DNA of 61,652 bases from Limnochordia bacterium (lineage in GTDB: Bacteria; Bacillota; Limnochordia; DTU080): NCBI GenBank assembly GCA_050945315.1, contig JBMNSS010000002.1:1-61652 (forward strand). The letters run 5' to 3'. Below the pieces are notes generated by a model. The model worked only from the letters and a program-made list of their open reading frames with translations. It searched no databases and was not told the origin of the DNA. How positions within the stretch are numbered: position 1 is the stretch's first letter; every line of letters starts with the position of its first letter. This document shows, piece by piece, positions 19,856 through 28,202 of this stretch. The translations under genes and the position numbers were made by a program.

Positions 19856-20554
19856 TTACTCTTCTTCGACCTTCATCTCCATGGTGTGCGGCCCGATGAA
19901 CAGATAGCTCTCCGAGGTCATGTTGGCCACCAGTTGTTGACCGCTAAAGGTGAAACTGGCATCCACGGCATTCACGTCCCCTTCGATCAACATGAGACGA
20001 TCTGAAGAGTCAGCTCCGTCCAACCACTCTTGAACGAGGAGTACAAGACGCTCCTCCATGGTCTGACAAATCCGTTCAATAAGAGGTCGCATGTGGGACA
20101 GTGGCCCTCCCACCAGTTGTTCTGCGGTGATCAGTGTTTCTTTGGCGTTGATGCGGATACCTCCGTCGGCACTGATCTGCTCGTCATCAAGATCGATCTC
20201 GATGCGATCACCCGCGGTCAGTTCAAAGCCATCATCTCCCGCCTGGGCCAGGCGCGGATCCAATGTAACAACGGCGCGCAGCCTGGTTGTGGCTTGGCTT
20301 TTGTCTTGCGGCGGCTGCGAGAAATGCCCTTCCTTTCCGGAGATGGTGTACTCTTTGTAGTCCACCCTGAAATCACCGATGATCTCAGCTGTAAGACCGC
20401 CATCGGAGGTCCGAGTCCATGAGGAGATGCACCTATCAGGTGTACACACAAGAAGCGCTCTGCTTTCTTGGGCAGATACTGATGCTGCCAAGCAACCTAT
20501 CGCGATGAGCGCGAGTAGGCAGACGGCGGACAGGATTCGTCTGGTTGACTGCAT
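19856..20554 (-). CDS. secreted hypothetical protein (beta-rich)
   Basis: ATG 20554 follows AGGAGGG. The signal peptide is MQSTRRILSAVCLLALIAIGCLAASVSAQE. The upstream 144 codons of track ORF 19856..20986 look non-coding and overlap the divergent gene. Confidence 0.5.
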   Translation of the reverse strand: MQSTRRILSAVCLLALIAIGCLAASVSAQESRALLVCTPDRCISSWTRTSDGGLTAEIIGDFRVDYKEYTISGKEGHFSQPPQDKSQATTRLRAVVTLDPRLAQAGDDGFELTAGDRIEIDLDDEQISADGGIRINAKETLITAEQLVGGPLSHMRPLIERICQTMEERLVLLVQEWLDGADSSDRLMLIEGDVNAVDASFTFSGQQLVANMTSESYLFIGPHTMEMKVEEE

Positions 20555-20707
20555 GGAGTGAACATCCCTCCTAAGGGAGAAAGACTGAGAGTAATATTCT
20601 TGCAGGAACAAGACCATTCCTTCCGGGACAGAGATCACGGAGTCGGTGCGGAGCAGTTTGACCTGCGGTTGACCATTTGATGGATAATATATTAACATCG
20701 CGATGGG

Positions 20708-21949
20708 GTGATGATTATGTGCAGATTTGCGCGCCGTCTTATCACATGGGCTGTTGTTGTGGCTCTCGTTCAGATAAGTATCGGAGCAATGGCGGCGGTG
20801 TCGTTTGATGACGTTGTCCCGTTGAGTGATCAAGCTTGGGAGCTTCTGTGTGCCCGTCTGTTCCGGATAGAAGAAGAGGTTGGTGATCGTTTCCCTCATG
20901 TGACGGAAAAACTGGTATGGCGGACCAGCAAGAGCGGAGAATGGACAGGCGGTTTTTACCCGGGAATGCTGTGGCTGGCTGAGCAAGAGGCTCGACGACG
21001 GGGCGACACGGAAAAGGCCGAGGTGCTACGGCAAAAGGCGCTGCAGTGGAGCGAACGGCTGGCTCCGCGACAGTTTGACACCGGGACTCACGATCTGGGG
21101 TTTCTTTTCGTCCCGACTTGGGTTGAGGCCTATAGTCGCACAGGGGACGAGCGATGGCGCAACGGAGCCCTCAATGCCGCCCGGTCACTGTCTAAGCGTT
21201 TTGCCCCGGGTGGCTTCATCCAATCATGGGGACCGATAGGACAAGGCCCCAATGCAGGAACGGTAATCATCGACAACATGATGAATCTGGAACTGTTGTA
21301 CTGGGCGGCGGAGGAGCTGAACGATGATCGGTTGGCCGAAATGGCCACCAGTCACGCTCTGCTTACTCAACGCCATCATGTCCGGCAGGACGGCGGCAGC
21401 TACCATCTCGTCGATTTTGTCCGTAATACCGGGGCTAGGCTTCGAGGCCGTACGCATCAGGGCTTTTCGGCTAATTCCACGTGGAGTCGAGGACAGGCGT
21501 GGGGCATTGCCGGATTCGCCATCACCTATCAATACACGGGGAATCCGGGTTTTCTCGAGACGGCTCAGGAGATGGGCGAGTTTTTCATGCACAGACTGCC
21601 CGAGGACGGGGCGGCACCCTGGGATTTTGACGCACCGGCTCCGGCGGCCAAAGACACTTCCGCCAATGCCATCGCTGCCTACGGATTCTTGTGCATTGCC
21701 AGGCATTTACGGCAGGAACGCCCGCAAGATGCCGCCAAGTGGGTCGATCGGGCCCGATATCTGTTGCAGGCCATACACTCCTATTCGCTCTTTGCCCACC
21801 CCGAGCTGGGCGATAAGGGCGGTCTGCTGACCGGAGGAACATACAATTTCAAACAGGGCTCGGCGGTGGAGCAATCGGTGGCCTGGGGCGATTATTACTA
21901 CCTACGGTCCTTGTTGGGCCTTGCCCAATGGGAAAGGGAGCAAGACTGA
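20708..21949 (+). CDS. glycoside hydrolase family 88-like (unsaturated glucuronyl hydrolase type), secreted
   Basis: Signal-like N-terminus, with GH88-like motifs HDLGF, IIDNMMNLELLYWAAE and WSRGQAWGIAGFA. Confidence 0.75.
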   Translation: MMIMCRFARRLITWAVVVALVQISIGAMAAVSFDDVVPLSDQAWELLCARLFRIEEEVGDRFPHVTEKLVWRTSKSGEWTGGFYPGMLWLAEQEARRRGDTEKAEVLRQKALQWSERLAPRQFDTGTHDLGFLFVPTWVEAYSRTGDERWRNGALNAARSLSKRFAPGGFIQSWGPIGQGPNAGTVIIDNMMNLELLYWAAEELNDDRLAEMATSHALLTQRHHVRQDGGSYHLVDFVRNTGARLRGRTHQGFSANSTWSRGQAWGIAGFAITYQYTGNPGFLETAQEMGEFFMHRLPEDGAAPWDFDAPAPAAKDTSANAIAAYGFLCIARHLRQERPQDAAKWVDRARYLLQAIHSYSLFAHPELGDKGGLLTGGTYNFKQGSAVEQSVAWGDYYYLRSLLGLAQWEREQD

Positions 21950-22104
21950 TCCTCGTTTGGAGGCAGGCCCCAACCGGGGCATTATTTGCATCAAGGAGCT
22001 AAGCTGCAGCTCAGCGAAGTGCAAGGCGAAGAGAATCTCTCTTCGCCTGTTCTTTTGATGTTCCCCGTATCAATGTGGATTTCATCTTTGGGAGGGAATG
22101 CATT

Positions 22105-23889
22105 TTGCAGGCTGCTTCGCTCTTGCATGCTCCGTGGCCGCCGTATGTTCAATACGAAGGCTCTGATGGATTGCGTGTGCTGTTGAAAGCCAAACAGGGC
22201 GACATCGCATCGGCTTATGTCATCTACGGTGATCGCTACAAGGATGACATGTCAGGGCGCGCTACACTTAGCAAATTCGGATCAGACGGTATCCATGACT
22301 ATTTCATGGGTCGGTTGAATCTGGTCAGCGGACGTTTCAAGTACGTCTTCTACTTGGAGGCTCGTGACGGACAGGAAGGGTGGTTCTCAGAGGCGGGATG
22401 GAGTCACGATCCGTGGTCAACACGAGTCTTTCAGATGCCGCACGTCGCGGCTTTGCCTGTCTGGGACGGACCCGATTGGGCTCAAGATGCGGTCTGTTAC
22501 CAGGTGTTCCTTGATCGCTTTCGTAACGGTAACCCGCAAAACGATCCACCGAATGTCAGTGATTGGTGCTGTAACCCCTGTTTGAAGACGCGGCTTGGCG
22601 GCGATCTACAGGGGGTTATCGATGCACTGCCCTACCTGGAGGATCTGGGGGTCAGCATGATCTATTTGACTCCGATTTTTCTTGCTCCCTCGGCCCACAA
22701 ATATGATCCCGTCGATTACTATGAGATAGACCCTGAGTTTGGTGATCTGGATACTCTGCGGACCTTGACCGCACAAGCCCATGCACGGAACATGTACGTG
22801 GTGCTGGACGGTGTCTTCAACCATTGCGGGGCAGGCTTTTTCGCGTTTCAGGACGTGCTGAAAAACGGCGAAGCCTCATCCTATAAAGACTGGTTCTGCA
22901 TTCATGAGTATCCCGTGCGCATGTATCCGCCCAACTACGAAACGTTTGGCTCAGCCATAGCGGAGATGCCCAAACTGCGCCTTTCCAATCCGCAGACGGC
23001 TGAGTACTTTCTTGATGTGGCCACCTATTGGGTACGAGAGGCCCGAATCGACGGCTGGCGTCTTGACGTAGCCAATGAGATGGACCTTGAGTTCATGCGT
23101 GAGATGCGACGGAGCCTTCGTGCCATCCATCCGCAAGCCTATATCGTGGGAGAAATCTGGCACCCTGCCGAGCCATGGTTGCGCGGAGACACTCTTGACG
23201 GTGTGACGGCCTACCCTTGGAGAGACGCGGCTTTGGCCTTCTTTTCCGGCTGGCGTTCCGATGCTGCCTGGTTGGACGGTCAATTGACCAAGCATTATAC
23301 CGGGGCGCGATCAGAGGCTTTGCGCTCTTCGCTGAATCTGCTTGGGAGTCATGACACCCCACGTATCCTGGAACTGATGGGCGGCGATCACGAGAAGGCC
23401 AAATTGTTGGCGGCATTTCAATTCGTCTCGCCGGGAATACCTCAGATCTATTACGGCGATGAAGTGGGGATGCGTGGATGGAGCGATCCGGAGTGTCGCC
23501 GAGGTATGACGTGGGATCCGGCCAAGCAGAATCATGATTTGCTAAGCCTCTATAGGCATCTGAGCAAGCTGCGTAAGCAGTATCCGGCGCTGCGTCGGGG
23601 AGGCTTTCGCTCGCTGTGGCATGCTCAAGGGGATCCGTTATATGCCATGCTGCGCACACATGAAAGCGGCAACGTGGTCGGTGTTTTCAACACGGCCTGG
23701 CATGAGCGGGAATTGGAGTTGCCCGGCGGGTGGCTCAGGTCGGACGAATCAATTGAGATGATCAATCTCACGGGTTGGGGCCATCTCATACAGAATGAAC
23801 CAAAAAAAACAGGAGGCGGCGGAATACGTCGAGCAACGATCCCTCTGCGCATGGGCCCTCAGTCTGCGTGTCTTTTGGTCACGAAGTGA
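22105..23889 (+). CDS. GH13 alpha-amylase family enzyme (neopullulanase / cyclomaltodextrinase-like)
   Basis: Conserved GH13 regions DGVFNHCG, GWRLDVANE, VGEIWH and LLGSHDTPR. The TTG 22105 start follows GGAGGGA. Confidence 0.9.
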   Translation: MQAASLLHAPWPPYVQYEGSDGLRVLLKAKQGDIASAYVIYGDRYKDDMSGRATLSKFGSDGIHDYFMGRLNLVSGRFKYVFYLEARDGQEGWFSEAGWSHDPWSTRVFQMPHVAALPVWDGPDWAQDAVCYQVFLDRFRNGNPQNDPPNVSDWCCNPCLKTRLGGDLQGVIDALPYLEDLGVSMIYLTPIFLAPSAHKYDPVDYYEIDPEFGDLDTLRTLTAQAHARNMYVVLDGVFNHCGAGFFAFQDVLKNGEASSYKDWFCIHEYPVRMYPPNYETFGSAIAEMPKLRLSNPQTAEYFLDVATYWVREARIDGWRLDVANEMDLEFMREMRRSLRAIHPQAYIVGEIWHPAEPWLRGDTLDGVTAYPWRDAALAFFSGWRSDAAWLDGQLTKHYTGARSEALRSSLNLLGSHDTPRILELMGGDHEKAKLLAAFQFVSPGIPQIYYGDEVGMRGWSDPECRRGMTWDPAKQNHDLLSLYRHLSKLRKQYPALRRGGFRSLWHAQGDPLYAMLRTHESGNVVGVFNTAWHERELELPGGWLRSDESIEMINLTGWGHLIQNEPKKTGGGGIRRATIPLRMGPQSACLLVTK

Positions 23890-23979
23890 AAGTCTCGTCA
23901 AACAGACGCAGGGACCGAGAGACAAATCCAGAAAGAATCCGAGACAAAGGGTATTCGTCGTAGTGGTCCCGGGTGTGCC

Positions 23980-24176
23980 TTGAGCGCTCGAGATGACTGA
24001 CCTCCCAGGCTCTTTTGGCCTGTGAGCGCAGGTGGTTGAGCGACATGGATCAAGGCAACGGACGGTGATCGCTCGTTAACGTTGCGTTCGTAGCGCTTCA
24101 AGAGTCCTAGAAGGCACATTATTGATGCAGTCCCGGGGAACATCGCGTCTATCGGCCCACCGGTACGGGCGTAGGG
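23980..24176 (+). repeat. ORF-less copy (D) of the iscB-upstream (omega-RNA-like) sequence
   Basis: TTGAGCGCT (23980-23988) equals 61019-61027. The 15-nt run GGATCAAGGCAACGG (24047-24061) is identical to 61211-61225. The collinear tail GGGGAAC..CGGCCCAC..GTAGGG matches GGGGACC..CGCCCAC..GTAGGG at 61267-61312. Confidence 0.5.
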
Positions 24177-24272
24177 ATCCCGGTCGGTGGGCATGGAATC
24201 GTTCCGCGGCGAACAACCGGGTCAGACGGGAACATAGGCAGTGCCAAGTAACAACAGGCAGGGAGGCAAGCT

Positions 24273-25199
24273 ATGAGGGGTCCGTGGCGGGCGGGGAACC
24301 GCACAGAAAGGCTGGTGTGTGGCGGTTGGTGCGTCTTATTCCTGGTTGGTTTCTTCTTTTCGGTACCGACCGGGGCGACACCGCGTATGGAGTTGTTGGC
24401 GGCTCTTGGCTATCAAGACAAGCTGCAGTCGCCGTGTGCTCTGATCGGTGCCAATCTGAAACATCTGGGGCACAACTACGAGATAGGGCTTCATCTGTCC
24501 AGCGTGCTGACTCGCCAGGCTGATGACGGATTGGTCAGTATCGGTCTGGAGGGCGAGCTTTGGCGCATGCAACCATTATCATACTATGCTTCACTTCAGG
24601 GCTCGGCCTTGTTGCAGCAACAAGGCGACAAGTTGGGTCGGCGCTATGTGCTGAAGGGACACGGTGTGTTGGGAGGCATGAGAGGAGACGTTTCGGTAGG
24701 ATATGTGGAAAGAAGCATAGCCACCTTTCCCTGGGAGCATGAGGATGTAGGCAACGGAATCATAGAGGGGAAGCCTTATGTTTTTTTGCAGGCTACAATG
24801 TCGGCCAATGTAGTCCATGAATGGGGTCTGAAGTGGAGCCAAGACGTGATCTTTCGACGCCACGTCGGGGAATCGGCGTACAGACTGGGGCTTACCACCG
24901 GCCCCGAGATAAGGTTAGGGCCGGGCTCTTTAACCGCCCAGGGGGGCGTCGTCTTGGGGGCTGATCGTATGAGGCCCATGGCTCAGGTTCGATTTGCCGT
25001 TCGGGATCCGTTTGAGGGCAAGACAGAGCTGGTGCTGTCAGCTGCGACCACGTCTGTGGAGCGCGACGTTCCTTTGTATCAGGCGTGGTATTCGCTTGAG
25101 CACGATAGGTGGCGCTTTCAGACTCTGTTGCGTCTGGAGCACCCCAATGACGGTAAGGCCGCCCCCACCGTTTATGTCTCCATACAACCGAAGATCTGA
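24273..25199 (+). CDS. hypothetical secreted/membrane beta-rich protein
   Basis: ATG lies 6 nt after GGGAGG. There is an N-terminal hydrophobic segment followed by alternating-polarity strands. I recognised no family. Confidence 0.5.
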   Translation: MRGPWRAGNRTERLVCGGWCVLFLVGFFFSVPTGATPRMELLAALGYQDKLQSPCALIGANLKHLGHNYEIGLHLSSVLTRQADDGLVSIGLEGELWRMQPLSYYASLQGSALLQQQGDKLGRRYVLKGHGVLGGMRGDVSVGYVERSIATFPWEHEDVGNGIIEGKPYVFLQATMSANVVHEWGLKWSQDVIFRRHVGESAYRLGLTTGPEIRLGPGSLTAQGGVVLGADRMRPMAQVRFAVRDPFEGKTELVLSAATTSVERDVPLYQAWYSLEHDRWRFQTLLRLEHPNDGKAAPTVYVSIQPKI

Positions 25200-25211
25200 T
25201 GCATTGAAAGA

Positions 25212-25231
25212 GGCCTCCGGCGGGGGAGGCC
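25212..25231. terminator. short GC stem-loop between convergent genes
   Basis: GGCCTCC (25212-25218) pairs with GGAGGCC (25225-25231). Confidence 0.35.
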
Positions 25232-25238
25232 CTTGAAC

Positions 25239-26672
25239 TTACCGTCCGAAGCGCGGACCGAAGAACGTGACGTAGGTGCCGCCCTCAATCTGCCTTTTGA
25301 CATAGACGGCCAGCTCTCTGAGATGGTAGTCACCCCACATAGAGGACTCTGAGTGGGGAATACGGCTGCCGGAGGGTATGTGATCCCACCCGTTCGGACG
25401 GTGGTATACGGAGTGGAGAAGCAAGCCCTGGTGCTCGGGGTCAGTGGACAGATACGGCTCCCGGAACAAGGTGTCAGCCACTGTCAATCCGGCGGCCGTA
25501 TAGCGTTCCGCCTCCGCATCGTTTTCAGCGGACAGGAAGGCTCCTAAACGTAGCAGACCCTGGGCGGCAATGGCTGCCGCGGAGCTGTCTACGGGTTCCC
25601 AGTCGTTGTAAGGATCAGCGGGCTTTTCGTAGTAATTCCCCAGATGCACCAGGCCGGGAGCTCCGGTATCCCAGTAGGGAATGCCGTCGGCGGCGGTATG
25701 CTCGATATAGAAGTCGGCGGTGGCCTTGGCCGCCTTCAAAAACAGGGCCAGAACGTCAGCTTTTGGGAAGGTGGCCGGAAAGTCTGCTTCGGGCACTCTG
25801 ATGAGGAATTCGAGTTGCTCGGCATAGCCGGTGATGGCCCAGGCCAGTCCCCTTGTCCACGTGCTAAAGGGCGAATAGCCTTGTTGCGAATTGGGACAGC
25901 GGTACTGTCCGTTGTTGGTGTTGAAAACCGCCTCGTGAGCCACGCGGCCTCGAATATCGTAGGCATCTCGATCTTCTCCGAAGTAAACGTTGTACTTAGC
26001 CGTGTTGACGGCGTGTTCGATCAAACGCGAAAGCAGCGAGATCTTCTGATCTCCTTCACCCATGAGGTGGTGCCCGAGAATATGACCGAGAGCCAGAATC
26101 CGCAATGTGCGAATGGTGTCAACGAAAAGTGATTGGGGGCCATTGAAGGAATAAATGTAACCCGTGCCGTCGTGTGTCGTTGCCCAGCGGGAGGCTTGAA
26201 CGGCGCTGGATGCTTTAAGGGCCAGCTCATACAGATCCATTTCCCAGGCAGAGGCGTTGTACTTGCCTTCCAAGGCCAGACGCCAGAGATTGCCGTAGGT
26301 GGAAACATTGTTGAATCCGTGGTCATGAACCCCGATGTGTGTGACGTGCGGGGCCATGCGGTCAATTGTCAAACGCCTGCCCAACTCCAACAGGGATTCG
26401 TCACCGGTGGCGTCGAATTGTAGAATAATAGATCCATACTGAAATCCCTGGGTCCATTCGGTCCACCCACGGGTGGTATAGCGCCCCTCCACCGTGAAAA
26501 CGGGTGTACCCTCGCTTGGATCCCAGGCGGCTTGCAGATTCCTTATTTTTTGCTCAGACAGGGCAAAGAGGCGATCGACGGCAGGTGCTAAGTCTTGGAC
26601 ACGCAGTTTATGGTCTATTATCATGAGCGAAAAACCCCTTTCCGTAAGCGACGACAAGGTCTTCTTTCGCAC
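25239..26672 (-). CDS. GH88-like (alpha/alpha)6-barrel glycoside hydrolase, cytoplasmic
   Basis: HDHGFNN and WTRGLAWAITGYAEQ parallel the HDLGF and WSRGQAWGIAGFA motifs of the gene at 20708. The alternative start is ATG 26624. Confidence 0.6.
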   Translation of the reverse strand: MRKKTLSSLTERGFSLMIIDHKLRVQDLAPAVDRLFALSEQKIRNLQAAWDPSEGTPVFTVEGRYTTRGWTEWTQGFQYGSIILQFDATGDESLLELGRRLTIDRMAPHVTHIGVHDHGFNNVSTYGNLWRLALEGKYNASAWEMDLYELALKASSAVQASRWATTHDGTGYIYSFNGPQSLFVDTIRTLRILALGHILGHHLMGEGDQKISLLSRLIEHAVNTAKYNVYFGEDRDAYDIRGRVAHEAVFNTNNGQYRCPNSQQGYSPFSTWTRGLAWAITGYAEQLEFLIRVPEADFPATFPKADVLALFLKAAKATADFYIEHTAADGIPYWDTGAPGLVHLGNYYEKPADPYNDWEPVDSSAAAIAAQGLLRLGAFLSAENDAEAERYTAAGLTVADTLFREPYLSTDPEHQGLLLHSVYHRPNGWDHIPSGSRIPHSESSMWGDYHLRELAVYVKRQIEGGTYVTFFGPRFGR

Positions 26673-26772
26673 GGAAAGGGTGTATTCCTCTTTTGATCAT
26701 TGCAGCGGATGCGATCAGTAAAGAATAAAGCTACAGTGCAACGGCTCTTTGATGTGCAAGGGGGATGCGAGG

Positions 26773-27615
26773 ATGGCATTGTTTGAACTGCTGTGGATCT
26801 TTTTTATCTTCAGTTCCTTGGCTCCGATGGTCAGACAACGACGCGTGGAAGCGGCGAGACTTACCCATCTGCGGAAATTGCAGGAAGAGCACGGTTCGCG
26901 TGTGATTACGCTTATTCACCGACAGGAGTCGATGAGCTTCTTGGGTTTGCTCACCCGGCGCTTCATTAACGTTGAAGACTCCGAGGAGGTCTTGAGAGCG
27001 ATTCGCATGACCCCTGATGACGTGCCTATCGACTTGATACTGCACACGCCGGGCGGCCTGGTCTTGGCCAGCGAACAGATCGCCCGGGCCGTGATGAAGC
27101 ACCCGGCGAGGGTGACGGTCTATATTCCGCACTACGCCATGTCCGGCGGTACGATGATCGCTTTGGCGGCAGATGAGATTCGCATGGACGAAAACGCCGT
27201 ATTGGGTCCCATGGATCCTCAGCTGGGACAGTACCCTGCGGCTTCGATCGTTGCCGCAGTGTCCAAAAAGGACCCTAACAAGACCGATGACGAGACATTG
27301 ATTCTTGCCGATATGGCCGAAAAGGCCCTCCGGCAGGTTCGGGACGTTGTCGCCGAGATTTTGCGAGACAAGCTTCAGGATCGGGCTGAAGAGGTTGCAG
27401 AGATACTGACCGGCGGGCGCTGGACGCATGATTATCCCCTTACGTGTGAGGCCTTGGCTGAGTTGGGCATTCCCGTCACCTGTGGGTTACCTCGCCGCAT
27501 TTACCAGTTGATGGAGCTGTATCCGCAGCCGGGACAACGGCGTCCTTCAGTTCAGTATGTTCCCATTCCCTACCATCGCCACAATGGCCGCGATCAGGGC
27601 GGCGGGGAGGCTTAG
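26773..27615 (+). CDS. SDH-family Clp-fold serine protease (membrane-anchored)
   Basis: N-terminal TM segment MALFELLWIFFIFSSLAP, then DLILHTPGGLVLASEQIARA and HYAMSGGTMIALAADEI, which are typical of the serine dehydrogenase proteinase family. Confidence 0.7.
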   Translation: MALFELLWIFFIFSSLAPMVRQRRVEAARLTHLRKLQEEHGSRVITLIHRQESMSFLGLLTRRFINVEDSEEVLRAIRMTPDDVPIDLILHTPGGLVLASEQIARAVMKHPARVTVYIPHYAMSGGTMIALAADEIRMDENAVLGPMDPQLGQYPAASIVAAVSKKDPNKTDDETLILADMAEKALRQVRDVVAEILRDKLQDRAEEVAEILTGGRWTHDYPLTCEALAELGIPVTCGLPRRIYQLMELYPQPGQRRPSVQYVPIPYHRHNGRDQGGGEA

Positions 27616-27710
27616 ACGGTAAGCAGGAATCGAAGGGTCAACGAAGAAAAGACAGAGCACATCATCCACTTGGTGTCCAAGCCGTGCCGTGAGGCTGGGG
27701 AGGCGGAATC

Positions 27711-28202
27711 ATGTCCCAGCAGCAACAGGTGCGGCTTCTCGTTGTTCTCATTGCCGGTCTGCTCGTAGGCGTTGGCTGTCGATGGTGGATCACGATGGGA
27801 CCCGCGCGGGGCAACCTGGTGTGGATCGGCGCCCCGCTGATGAGCAGGGCACAAGCTGCGAAGCTGCCGGAAAACAGAGCAGATGGATTGACGGTGCCCT
27901 TGGAGGCGGAAGCAGACGAGGCGCCATCGTTCGAAGTGACAGATGTTGAGGAAGTTGACGAAGAAGAGGGCGCTCAAGAGGCGGCTTCTTCGTCCGGCTT
28001 ACTCGACTTAAACGTCGCCACGCAGCGGGACCTCGAAGCTCTTCCGGGTATCGGGCCCGTGCTGGCCCGCAATATCCTTGATGAACGCGCCAGGCGCGGT
28101 GGCTTTCTCTCGGTGGCTGATCTTCTCAGTGTGAAGGGGATCGGTCCGGCACGCTATGCGCGTATCGCCCCCTGGGTTTGCGTCACAACACCGGAGCCAT
28201 GA
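27711..28202 (+). CDS. comEA: competence protein ComEA (helix-hairpin-helix DNA receptor)
   Basis: N-terminal TM helix and C-terminal tandem HhH (LDLNVATQRDLEALPGIGPVLARNIL...LLSVKGIGPARYARI). Confidence 0.85.
   Translation: MSQQQQVRLLVVLIAGLLVGVGCRWWITMGPARGNLVWIGAPLMSRAQAAKLPENRADGLTVPLEAEADEAPSFEVTDVEEVDEEEGAQEAASSSGLLDLNVATQRDLEALPGIGPVLARNILDERARRGGFLSVADLLSVKGIGPARYARIAPWVCVTTPEP

Noticed and set aside
19856-20986. Full 376-aa version of the minus-strand ORF overlapping the start of the GH88-like gene
   Set aside because: The first 144 codons have no RBS and overlap the divergent gene and its promoter region. A signal peptide with a good RBS begins at ATG 20554.
23879-24046. 55-codon minus-strand ORF (MSLNHLRSQAKRAWEVSHLERSRHTRDHYDEYPLSRILSGFVSRSLRLFDETFTS) in the GH13 downstream spacer
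   Set aside because: It has no Shine-Dalgarno sequence, overlaps the GH13 stop, lies antisense to repeat copy D, and I recognise no family. It is kept only as a remote possibility.
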